Positions 1 through 10,300 of a DNA stretch of 64,000 nucleotides are shown here, in pieces; position 1 is the first letter of the stretch, and the number at the start of each line of letters is the position of its first letter. This DNA is from an uncultured virus (IMG/VR IMGVR_UViG_3300031840_000546). Lineage: Duplodnaviria; Heunggongvirae; Uroviricota; Caudoviricetes. A program made the translations under genes and the position numbers. The notes under the pieces were generated by a model that saw only the letters and a list, made by a program, of their open reading frames with translations, had not been told where the DNA came from and did not search any database. The stretch lies in IMG/VR virus record IMGVR_UViG_3300031840_000546; one strand, 5' to 3'.

Positions 1-1689
1 GACTTTATTAGTGAGACAGAGTGTGAGGATAGAGGAGGCAGTTTCGAGTTCTATCCTGATACACCATGCTCTGAAACACCTTGCAACTTAAGTGATGTAG
101 AAGGTTCATGTTGTTTAAATAAAAATCATGATAACGAACAAACGCTTTGTATCGATAGCACTAACTCCAGCGGAATCCCCGTAACCAGAGAATTCTGTGA
201 TCGATTCGGAGGAAACTTTAGAGCATTGGTTCCGTGTGACTCTGAAAAATATCCATGTGATCCCGATGTTTGTGATGATGATTTTGGTTTGGTGGGAGCG
301 TGCTGTCAGTTTGAATTAATCTCTGGAAATTACTATACATGCACAAACAACCTATCAGCAAACGAGTGCTTTGAGTTAGGTGAACAGTCTGACTTGTTCT
401 ACACTATTTTTCAGGGTGTGAATACATATTGTTCATCAATCAACTGCTGTGATTCACTAACGAAGTATGGCGCATGTTGTTTGTCTGATGGTTTATGCAC
501 AGACGAAGTTTCCCCTGAAGAGTGTACGTCTATCGGTGGAATATACATGGGTCACAATACTGAATGTATATCAACTCCTTGTGTTTGCGATCCTCCTAAT
601 CATGGAGGTGGTCCAGTGATCGGACCAGACGCGATTGGAGCCTGTTGCACAACTACAGGTGCGCTTTCATGCTGTACCGAGGGTCAAATATTTGAAGACT
701 GTAACTATCCAAATCAAACTTGGCATAGGGGTATGAATTGTGATCAAGCATGTCCATCATTACCAACACAATGTGGTTCAGGACCACCAATAGATGGATC
801 ATCAAATAATTCTAGTGGTGGTCCAAACTCAGGTGGAGTTGTTGGTAAGTGTTGTAAAAATTGTTCTAGTTGCTCTTCATATGATTTTGAATGTAATGAC
901 TTATATGTGAACGGTGGTTGTGGAAGATGGGTAGACGGCGCACACGAAAATGGATCTATTAGTGATTGGTGCGATGGACCAAACTTACAAGAGGGTTATT
1001 CTGATTTTGCTGGTAGAATTTTTGGTGGGTTCCCACTGTGTTCATGCACTGATAATATAACACAAGATGCTTGTAAGACATTGAGTGGAGAGGATGCAAA
1101 CTGGACACCAGGCGAAACATGTCACATAACAGATGCAGGTCAGAGTATTTGCTTTGATCCTAAGTTTGCAATTGGAACTTGCTGTTTGCCTAGATTTAAT
1201 GACAACCCAGAGGGTGGTTACGATTTCGATGCGGTGGATTGTAGTTACCCACCATTTGATGGTGTGGTAGGAACTTGTAGCGATTGGGAGTGTTCAAGTT
1301 GCACGAATGCGAATCAATGTGCTATACAAATAAATAACTTCTACCCAGTCGGAAGTAAAATTTATGGTTTCACGAAAACCGCAGAAAACTTTACTGAAAT
1401 GACAGCAGTTATAGAGGCAGCGTTATTGAATCTCGATTACGGACCACTCACAGAAAATGGTGGTGACGGCACGACGCAACCCTACTGGAGATCATATGGT
1501 AACTGTGTTGGTGCAGATTGTCCTAGACTCGAATGTGGAGGTTGTCCAAATGTCGCAACGTCGTCAACTGATGGAGGTCAACCAACAGGTAATCCCAACA
1601 CAAGGTGTGGTTATTGCTCTGAATACATGACATTCCCAAATTTTATAGATGATAATGCTTACTCACCAACAGTTATTTGTCCCCCATAA
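1..1689 (+). CDS. Cys-rich GACC-repeat protein (5' partial), probable virion fibre/whisker-region protein
   Basis: Frame 1 is open from base 1 (DFISETECEDRGG...EGSCCLNK...), so the TTG at 226 is not the true start. Repeated G[ASKT]CC...C...GG...C..C units. Confidence 0.8.
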   Translation, partial: DFISETECEDRGGSFEFYPDTPCSETPCNLSDVEGSCCLNKNHDNEQTLCIDSTNSSGIPVTREFCDRFGGNFRALVPCDSEKYPCDPDVCDDDFGLVGACCQFELISGNYYTCTNNLSANECFELGEQSDLFYTIFQGVNTYCSSINCCDSLTKYGACCLSDGLCTDEVSPEECTSIGGIYMGHNTECISTPCVCDPPNHGGGPVIGPDAIGACCTTTGALSCCTEGQIFEDCNYPNQTWHRGMNCDQACPSLPTQCGSGPPIDGSSNNSSGGPNSGGVVGKCCKNCSSCSSYDFECNDLYVNGGCGRWVDGAHENGSISDWCDGPNLQEGYSDFAGRIFGGFPLCSCTDNITQDACKTLSGEDANWTPGETCHITDAGQSICFDPKFAIGTCCLPRFNDNPEGGYDFDAVDCSYPPFDGVVGTCSDWECSSCTNANQCAIQINNFYPVGSKIYGFTKTAENFTEMTAVIEAALLNLDYGPLTENGGDGTTQPYWRSYGNCVGADCPRLECGGCPNVATSSTDGGQPTGNPNTRCGYCSEYMTFPNFIDDNAYSPTVICPP

Positions 1690-1703
1690 GGAATACATAG
1701 TGT

Positions 1704-4673
1704 ATGTCACGAGGATCTAATCAACAACTCGGTTCATGTCAAACTTTTCCGATTGAGGGGTCTGGTTCAGACTCTCTACGATTTGGTTGTTTTACCACAA
1801 CTAATTTTTTATGTAATCAATTAAATAATGTATTTCAAGCAAACAAACTAGGATTCGAGGCTCGGTTTAATCCTAATTTAGCCTGTGATCCAAATGTTAC
1901 GAGTCTTGACTCATCTGGAGTATTGAATACAGGATTAAAGATACTAAGAGAGTATAGTAATCAGGATCACTTGCAACAAAGATATGGCACGCAAAGACCT
2001 CCCGAAGTTTTTTTACTAAACGAATGTCCCTCAGGTACAACACAAGTAGAAGAGTGTTGTTATGGTGATTGTGATAAACCGATTGGATTATGTCTTCGCA
2101 ATAATAAACTAGATGTTCAAACTTTGTGTGACAACACATACAAAAGTGCATTCAAAGGTGACGGTAGAAAAACAAGATCAGGAAACACAGTTCTAAAATC
2201 ACAAAACACATTAGACACACGAAGAATAGATTCAACTCTTGTTCCTCAGAGCAGATCAGTTGTTTCTGGTATTGGGTGTAGAGATGGTGAATGTTTAAAA
2301 ATACCAGACTTATATCAATACATTCAAAGTAGTCGTGTTATTGATTATACTTTTTATCCTTATGACGATCAGACTTATAATAAACTGACAATGGGTAACA
2401 TAGATTTACCTGCGGGTCAAACACCAAGAGATCATTTTATAACAATGTATACTGAGGGTGGTCATGGTATAAACAGACCGATGACAATTGATGAAATGTA
2501 TAATGCTCACTCCGATGATACAAATTTGTCTTTAACTAGAAATGACATCGCATTGATGGTATCGACCTATGAGGTAGAGGCAACATTCGGAGCGGATGAA
2601 AGTAAATTAAGAGTATCACTGAGCGATTGTGCGAATAGCACTTCCAATTATCGTGACTGCTTAGAATGCGTGAGTAACAGTGCGTACATTGATAAATGCA
2701 CAGATGCAATCAAAAAGACGAGGTGTTACGCCAAGCATGGTAACAATCCAACGTCAGGAGGTCCGTTTTGTGATGATGTGATTCAAAATTGTGAAGTTAT
2801 ACCGTCAGGGACACCAGAAAGTCGATGTTATCCTTTTAGAGATGTGAGAGTCACACCCAATAGTGAGTCATGCGTTTGTGATATTCAAAGATCAATAGAA
2901 ACAGAAGAAGTTTTTGTGTCGTTTCCAAAAACAAACTCACCTACTAATGCAGAAGAAATAAAGATCACCGTTCCTGTCGGTGAAGGCGATTTTGTAGCGA
3001 GGAAACTGGGTGGTGTTCGAAGGTCCACTAGAGCGTCAAGAAAACTTACAAAAGAAAACTTTGACACGAACCTGAATCGAAAAGTTTCGATTCGAGAAAT
3101 TCAAAATACAAATGAATTTACAGGTCTATGTGTTTTGTCTGACACCACAACCATAAACACCGATTTAAGATTATGTAATGAATTGGGTGGAGAATTCTTT
3201 GAAAACCCATTCGACTCTCAAGAGTTTAACAGAGATATTTTAACTGTAAATAAAAACTCCATTTCCTATGAAAGAACACAGTCCTCTTTGGATAGTTGTG
3301 CTGAAAAAACACCAGACTATGACGCATGTATTCAATGTGTAAATAATGGAGAGGGATATTTTGGTGGTGATTTCTGCTCCGATGCTATCCAAAAATCAAG
3401 ATGCTATTACAAGTTTTTTCCGAATGGTAGAGAACCTGATGGTAGGAGTCCGTGGTGTGGTCAGATAGTATCATATTGCGATAGATTCCAAAGAGATCCT
3501 GAAAGTCGTTGCTTCAAGAAAAATGCATCTTACGAAGCAATCGAGGAAGATCCATTAGAAGACATCATACAGTCTCAAGTAGAAAATGATGCAAGACGAC
3601 CTGCTTTGGATTATTGCTCCGACAACACACCCAATTATCGTGATTGCTTAGATTGTGTAAGTAATAGTCCGTACACTAATGAATGTGAAGATGCGATTAA
3701 AAAGACGAGATGTTATTTCAAGTATAACCCCGATAGTAAATCGTCTCCGTATTGTAGTCAAGTGAGAGCAAATTGCGATGGATTCCAAAGAGAACCCGAA
3801 AGTCGTTGCTTCGACAGAGATATATCTAATTATGATACCAAAAATGCACAAACACCCGAAACAACATTGACACCTGAGGAGTCAACTCTTCCTAGTTCAA
3901 TAGTCAACGAGGGTCGGGCTGGTGACATATATGGTGATTGTCATATTGTGAATCCAGATTATAGATCATGCTTAGACTGTGTATCACAAGGATTTCCACC
4001 GACCGACCCCTGTGCAGATACCATTAAGAAAATTAAATGTTACTATTCGTATGAGCCTATGCGATCAGCAGATTCGAAAAAGAAAGCACCTTTCTGTAAT
4101 AGTCTTAATAGATATGGTTGTTACTGGAATCGTAATGATCCCCTTGTTAGTCGTTGTTTCGATGCAAACTATAGTAATCTTCCTGACGCAGATCAAATCT
4201 ATACACAAGAGGTAAATGGATTCTTACCTCAAGAGTCTACGATTGAGGATAGTCCAGAGGGTCCATTTGCAGTGTATGGAACGAGTACGTTTGGTACAGG
4301 ATTCTATTATCCAATGTATACTACTGCTGAGGCTGCAAGAGCAGCGAACTTAAGTGGTTTTGATAAAGTTGAATCTACTGGGTTTAGGGACGGATTGCTT
4401 TATCATACGCATTACATAACTGAGTATCCTGACATTGTTTTCTACATGCCTGATGATCAACTGAATCATGGTGTTAGTGATAGTGGTGGGTATAGGATCT
4501 TTAGGGGTGACACGAACCCAACAATCAGAGGAGGAATACGATCTACGTCAACACCTCCTGCTGCTGATCAAACTAGAGATAGTGGATATAGTCCACCATC
4601 TGCACCACCAACACCACCCCCATCATCACCACCACCATCAGGTGGAGGCGGTGGAGGATACGGAGGATATTGA
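1704..4673 (+). CDS. Cys-rich repeat protein with four 8-Cys domains and a Pro/Gly-Tyr C-terminal tail
   Basis: 989-aa ORF; AAGGA SD and late-promoter-like AATACATA upstream; internal repeats; ends PPPSGGGGGGYGGY. Confidence 0.8.
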   Translation: MSRGSNQQLGSCQTFPIEGSGSDSLRFGCFTTTNFLCNQLNNVFQANKLGFEARFNPNLACDPNVTSLDSSGVLNTGLKILREYSNQDHLQQRYGTQRPPEVFLLNECPSGTTQVEECCYGDCDKPIGLCLRNNKLDVQTLCDNTYKSAFKGDGRKTRSGNTVLKSQNTLDTRRIDSTLVPQSRSVVSGIGCRDGECLKIPDLYQYIQSSRVIDYTFYPYDDQTYNKLTMGNIDLPAGQTPRDHFITMYTEGGHGINRPMTIDEMYNAHSDDTNLSLTRNDIALMVSTYEVEATFGADESKLRVSLSDCANSTSNYRDCLECVSNSAYIDKCTDAIKKTRCYAKHGNNPTSGGPFCDDVIQNCEVIPSGTPESRCYPFRDVRVTPNSESCVCDIQRSIETEEVFVSFPKTNSPTNAEEIKITVPVGEGDFVARKLGGVRRSTRASRKLTKENFDTNLNRKVSIREIQNTNEFTGLCVLSDTTTINTDLRLCNELGGEFFENPFDSQEFNRDILTVNKNSISYERTQSSLDSCAEKTPDYDACIQCVNNGEGYFGGDFCSDAIQKSRCYYKFFPNGREPDGRSPWCGQIVSYCDRFQRDPESRCFKKNASYEAIEEDPLEDIIQSQVENDARRPALDYCSDNTPNYRDCLDCVSNSPYTNECEDAIKKTRCYFKYNPDSKSSPYCSQVRANCDGFQREPESRCFDRDISNYDTKNAQTPETTLTPEESTLPSSIVNEGRAGDIYGDCHIVNPDYRSCLDCVSQGFPPTDPCADTIKKIKCYYSYEPMRSADSKKKAPFCNSLNRYGCYWNRNDPLVSRCFDANYSNLPDADQIYTQEVNGFLPQESTIEDSPEGPFAVYGTSTFGTGFYYPMYTTAEAARAANLSGFDKVESTGFRDGLLYHTHYITEYPDIVFYMPDDQLNHGVSDSGGYRIFRGDTNPTIRGGIRSTSTPPAADQTRDSGYSPPSAPPTPPPSSPPPSGGGGGGYGGY
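2628..4160 (+). repeat. Four copies of a ~68-aa 8-Cys protein domain (2628-2831, 3297-3515, 3615-3812, 3939-4160)
   Basis: Consensus C-x6-Y-x2-C-x2-CVS...C-x-DAIKKxRCY...P[FWY]C-x6/7-C...PESRC[FY] is visible in the translation. Confidence 0.9.
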
Positions 4674-4688
4674 TAAATAGTATAGTCC

Positions 4689-7325
4689 ATGAGTATTCAC
4701 TTTCGAACGAGAACGGTTTCATATAATCTACCACTAAACTCCATGTTTGGTGCGTGCTGTACCGACAACTCTTGTGCTGAAACCACCGCTGCTTCGTGCT
4801 ACGAAAACCCTAACGGTAGATTTTTTCATAACCAAAAGTGTGAAGACATCAACTGTGAGTTTGGTGTGTGCTGCAACAACGGATTGTGTAGTCTTACTAC
4901 AGAAGAGGGTTGCATCGCTATAAATGGAACCTTTGTTGGTAAGCAGTATGATTGTTTAACTTACAATTGTTCTGGTGTAGGATCTGAATTAGATCAAGCA
5001 TGTTGTTTCTCTGATAACGTATGCGAAGATTTGAAACCGTCCGTTTGTCTTTCGAGGGGTGGTGTTCCTCGTGGACCAAATAGTTCATGTGCAGTTATAA
5101 ATGCTGCTGGTGGATGTGGTGTAACAGGTGCTACCGCTCATGGTGTGTGTTGCGTTGGTGGTCAGTGTTTAAGTCCGCAGGGTTTTGATCCTAACGGAGT
5201 CTATCATGAGTTTGGTTATACAGCAGGAGATTGCGCCGCACTTGGTGGTTTGTACGGTGGTAGTGGATCAACATGTGGTGCTGGAACATCATTCGGAACC
5301 TCATATCCTTGCGTGTTTCCCACAGGAGCGTGTTGCTTCGGTAATTCTCCAGCAGGTGGTATAACATATTGTGATAACGGAAAAACTTACGGGGATTGCT
5401 TGAACCCTCCGACTTTGGGCGGTAGCGGTGGAGCAGGTTGGTTTGAGGGTAAAACGTGTGGAGTTTTGCAGGACACGAATATCTGCACATCTGGTGACTT
5501 TTTAAATGACGTTGCATGTTGTATTCCAAACTATAGACAGAACACACACGATGAAACGAATCCCCAAATTGATTCTGTTATATTAGAAAATTATACATGC
5601 ATTAATACCAGCACAGTCGCTTGCAATTCAATCGGTGGATTTGTGAACCCTGATGGTAAATTGTGTGACGAAGTGAGTTGTTGTTCTGAGAGTTATCAAC
5701 CACCTTGTCAGGATGATATATTAGGAACTTTCGTCGAGTATATTACGCTTGCAGATGACAACACTTTCGTGAATTGTGTTGACACCTCACTAATAGGGTC
5801 GCTTGATCTTCGTGATACTTATGTAAGTTCAAACGCAATTTGTCCAACTTGTCCAGTAAGAGCCTATACTACTCTATTTTCCGATACAAGACCAACCATA
5901 TGTGACGCAGATGGAGAGCAACCATATGTTGCATTTGTGTGTGTATGGAAGTTTAGTAATGCAAGACAGCGTTATGAATATCATAGTTGTGATGAAAAAC
6001 AATACTTTGAAAGTGTAACACCATTTAGTAGTCTCTCTGCCCCTCTTAGTCCAGAGAAGTATACTAGCGGCGATTACATATTTACAAAGGTTAACCTTGG
6101 TATTTCAACTGAATTAGGTAGTCCTCTAAACTGTGAAAGATGTAATTTTGTTTCTGACGTTAACTGGATAGGCGCTTGCTGTAATGGATCAGAATGTAAT
6201 ACCGTATTGGGTGCGGACAATTGTAATAATGATTTTTACTTAGCAAAACAATGCACGTTGAATTGTGATTCACTTCCTTGCTGCGATAATTCATCGCTGT
6301 ATTATAAAAACTGTTTTGATAAATCTCTGATACCTAATATAAATCCTACAACTCTAGAGCAAATAAGTGGATGTCAAGATAAGTTTGATTTGGTGGGTGC
6401 GGAACCTACGCAACAAAATATGTTAAACTTAGCAATCGCAACAGGATTGGGTGTTACAGACATAACACAATATCCTGACACAGACGGTACAGATTGTGAA
6501 AGTTGTAATGCACCATGTTCAAGAAACAGAGGCACTTGTTGTTTAGGTGGTAGACCAATTTATAACGTTACTCTGGACGAGTGTAACGCATATGGTGGAT
6601 CATTTAATGGTTGTGAAGGAAGACCCTATGATAAACCATCGAGTGGAGGGTTCAACTATAAACCTACAAACCCATGTACGAATAGTGATGGATTTAGTCC
6701 TAGTGTATCTGGTTTCGGTCCAGAGATAAAGCGTGGTGTTGCAGTCGCATCACAAAGTAATTTAGAATACTTCCGTAGAGGTCCATTCAATACCACTGAA
6801 CAAATAATTAACTCTGCAAGCAATACACTTCCTATCGAAAATGATCGACCAATGGGTGCTGGTGCTGGAGTAAACGCTCAGAACTTCCCTAATAAACCTT
6901 TAGTTCAAATATTTTGGAATGCTCCGAGTGAAACAACAGCCGCACAAAGAAACTATGCTGGGAATTATGACAAAGATAACGTGTGCGAAAACGCAAATCT
7001 GCCTCTTTGTAACTACTATAAAGATGTCTTGGGATCATGTTGTGTTAGAATAAAATGTAAGGATGGATACTATTCTGATCTTAGCGATGAGGATCAAACG
7101 TGCTTTACATGCGTGGATGGAATATCTGACTGTGAGTGTGCAGTTCTCAACGGATCTACAAAATGTGGTGATTATAAGTGGACCACTGAGGGTGTATGCG
7201 ATGACTGTGTTTGTACCGACATAGATAATTTTAGGTATCAGGTTGATGACGGATGTATCAAAGCGTCAACTGAGATCAAATCTCGTAGAGATTCTTTGGG
7301 AGAAGAGGGTCAAGATGGCAACTAA
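4689..7325 (+). CDS. Cys-rich GACC-repeat protein
   Basis: 878 aa with about 9 G[AVTS]CC/xACC-initiated units; GATAAATA late-promoter-like site at 4672-4679. Confidence 0.8.
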   Translation: MSIHFRTRTVSYNLPLNSMFGACCTDNSCAETTAASCYENPNGRFFHNQKCEDINCEFGVCCNNGLCSLTTEEGCIAINGTFVGKQYDCLTYNCSGVGSELDQACCFSDNVCEDLKPSVCLSRGGVPRGPNSSCAVINAAGGCGVTGATAHGVCCVGGQCLSPQGFDPNGVYHEFGYTAGDCAALGGLYGGSGSTCGAGTSFGTSYPCVFPTGACCFGNSPAGGITYCDNGKTYGDCLNPPTLGGSGGAGWFEGKTCGVLQDTNICTSGDFLNDVACCIPNYRQNTHDETNPQIDSVILENYTCINTSTVACNSIGGFVNPDGKLCDEVSCCSESYQPPCQDDILGTFVEYITLADDNTFVNCVDTSLIGSLDLRDTYVSSNAICPTCPVRAYTTLFSDTRPTICDADGEQPYVAFVCVWKFSNARQRYEYHSCDEKQYFESVTPFSSLSAPLSPEKYTSGDYIFTKVNLGISTELGSPLNCERCNFVSDVNWIGACCNGSECNTVLGADNCNNDFYLAKQCTLNCDSLPCCDNSSLYYKNCFDKSLIPNINPTTLEQISGCQDKFDLVGAEPTQQNMLNLAIATGLGVTDITQYPDTDGTDCESCNAPCSRNRGTCCLGGRPIYNVTLDECNAYGGSFNGCEGRPYDKPSSGGFNYKPTNPCTNSDGFSPSVSGFGPEIKRGVAVASQSNLEYFRRGPFNTTEQIINSASNTLPIENDRPMGAGAGVNAQNFPNKPLVQIFWNAPSETTAAQRNYAGNYDKDNVCENANLPLCNYYKDVLGSCCVRIKCKDGYYSDLSDEDQTCFTCVDGISDCECAVLNGSTKCGDYKWTTEGVCDDCVCTDIDNFRYQVDDGCIKASTEIKSRRDSLGEEGQDGN

Positions 7326-10300
7326 AGGTTACTTAGATTACGGATATGATGAGAGTCGAGATTCGATTTATAACTTCGATGACGTAGGAAAAGTTATCGA
7401 TGGGTCTTTTTTAAATATTAACAATTCGCTTTATGAGAACAATTATCCTCTACATTTCATAGGTTTTGCTGGTCTTGGTAAACCTCGTCTAAACTATCTC
7501 TCCTCAGGTGATGAAGGTGACGTTGGTAAGATACTTTTACCTGGCTCGCCTGGTGATAACTTTGTAAATAACGCTCCTAACATTGAGGGTATCAATGTTT
7601 GTGAAAATAATAAGTATACAATTGATCCTGATAATGACTCGGTGCATATTCGTTTTGGTCAACAATCTAACCCACCAAATGGATGTCACTTTGGTTTCAA
7701 CACTCAATTACCTCCACGAACATATAAAATTTCTAGAAGAGTTGCCATACAAGTAGGTCATTACCAACCCCACTATTTTCAGTGCGGTGAAATGACTAAC
7801 GCTGGTACAATTCCTTATGAAGTATCTTTCTATGATGAGGCTAATGCTTACTCTCCTGAAATACAAGCGAGACATGGTGGACTCGGTATCGCTGGTGGAC
7901 GGTACACAAGTTTTAGAAGTGGTCAGCCTTCTGCGTGTGGTGTTCCTGACAGCGTACCTGATGTTGCAAGTCCAAATGATTTTGTAGTTGCGATGACAAA
8001 TGCCGACTTATCAATTTATATTTTCAAGGAAGATATACCAGATACCATACCAACTCTACACTTGATTGATCCATCATGGATAGATCTTTATATGAATGAG
8101 GACGATAACCCTGATACTGCACAAGCGACTCGTCTTTGCTACATCATTGATCAAAATTTAAGACCCATGCTTTCGACTTTACGATTTACTAAGGGTTCGG
8201 GTAATGGTATCATTAATACGACTAGATATCAGTTTACTGATGAAACATTTGAGTCATATGAATCTGTAGATCTTCAAGTTGACACAGACGGTGTTCATAA
8301 CGCTCATAATTTTTATCTTGATGCTTTTAAGTCAAACATAAACATACCTTATTCCTCTTTCTTTAAAACGACTTATGGAAATAGAAATAGTTTTTTCAAC
8401 CTTACTAGAAATGTAATACCTGCCGATACAACGTTACCACAGATAACACTTGACTTTGATTCGTATGTTCCAACAGATAAAGTTTTATCAAATGTTGATT
8501 ATGATTTTAGGGACTCAGCGACTCGAACGACTACGTTTGATCCTGTCACTGGTATCTATCCAGACTTGCATGTGGGTGACTCTGGATTGTGTGTTATATT
8601 ACCACTTGAGGATGGATCTTTTGGATTGGTTGCTATAAAAGGCACTGGAGGATCAAATGTGCAACCTTGGTATAACTGGGGTTTCAAAGAGGGGTTGAAT
8701 TACTTACTTGACTCATATGGAATTGCTACTGATGACAGACCAAAGTATGTTACACCACAAACGAATCCATTCGAAGAATACACCACACCTCTCTCATCTC
8801 GACCATCATTAGGATATAAAGTTTATAAGTCTGCTGTTTCAGAGAATGGACCGTGGTATGACATAACGAGTCAAATTTTTGCAAACAATTCTGACTATCA
8901 TGATTCTGATGATACAGGTTATCGATGTGTTGACAACACTGTTCCGTGTTATACCGTACATGAAACTTTCATAGATGAGTACGTTAGTCCGAATCAAACT
9001 TATTACTATTATGTAACCGCAGTTGATGATGATGGTGCTGGGGGTTACACCGAATCTCCTGCTAGTAATGTGTGTTTCGTAAACACACCGTCAGATTCTC
9101 AATGGACCGATGAAAGAAAACTTTTTGTTAGCAACTTAAATTCGTCAACGAATGTAACAGTAACCGCGAGTCCTCCAAACCAAATTGGTTTTAATATTCC
9201 ATCATCACTGAACCGATCCACTGAATATGTTGTTGCTGAGGGTTGGAGAGGTGGAGATTATGAAAATTCAATTCCGTTCTTTGGTAATGTTGGTGTTCCA
9301 CCAGAGGGTGGGATATTCCCAAGACCTAAATTTTCATCGACCCCAGTTTTTTATAGGGTTGATGGGGGTAATGCGAACAACTCAGGAATTCATGAGGCTC
9401 CGATGCCTATCGAAAGCACATCGTATCCGTACGTTTTAGGTTTACCTTATTCAGAGTTTGATCCTTTATTACAAAATAATTCAAACAATGTTTTGAAGAT
9501 GTTCGCCTATAATGAAACTGATATGAGTAACTTTAGGAATAATGCAAAGATATTAAACTTTACGAAATACAATGACAATGATAAGTTCCAACCATATTAT
9601 CATTCGAACATCGCCCCTGCATTTACAACGTTTAGAAACATTGATACATTTAGAATGAATCCAGCAGGGTACGGTAACTTCAGAGTAGAGTATAATGAAA
9701 ATTGGTCTTTCTCGAACACTGGTCAAATTTCAGGTAATTACGCATCTTACATTGGATATCATGTAGGTAACTATTTGTCTTCGGATATAGCAGGTGCAAG
9801 ATTCTTAAAAACTTTAGAGTTGAAAGACTCTGCAATTTCAGCGAACTTTGATAAGTTGGAGTATCTAAATCTTCCAACATTAAACAATCTTGAAGTTTTA
9901 AATCTTGAGAATAATGAGTTGTATTCAATTGCGTTTGACGGAACAAACATAGTTCCTAACACGATCAAGGATCTTAACTTATCAAATAATAATTTGGGTT
10001 CATCGTCAAGTGCCATAGGTGGAAAATGGTTAGATGATGCAAATGTTCCAAATGCTAATCCTCAAAACTTTATCGTTGTAAAGTCTCCCAATATTGAAAA
10101 AGTTAATATTACAAACAATCCTGACTTTAGACTTACAACTACAGATATTTTGTCTGAATTGAGAGAAGTCAGAGCGAGTAACTCTAAGGGTATTCTTGGA
10201 AATCTGAATGCTCCGAAACTAGAAAAAATTATATTGGAAGATACTTACGCTCCAGCACTTCAATTATCTAAGACATCGTTGTTAAAAACAATTGATATGA

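Noticed and set aside
3297..3812. Similar DNA segments as a possible DGR template/variable repeat pair
   Set aside because: Both are in-frame domain repeats with differences not limited to adenines, and no reverse transcriptase is in the window.
7243..7314. Upstream start extensions in the ORF track (also 10848, 20048, 36498, 38371, 39303, 46060)
   Set aside because: They overlap upstream genes; downstream starts have SD sites, start/stop overlaps, or match family N-termini.
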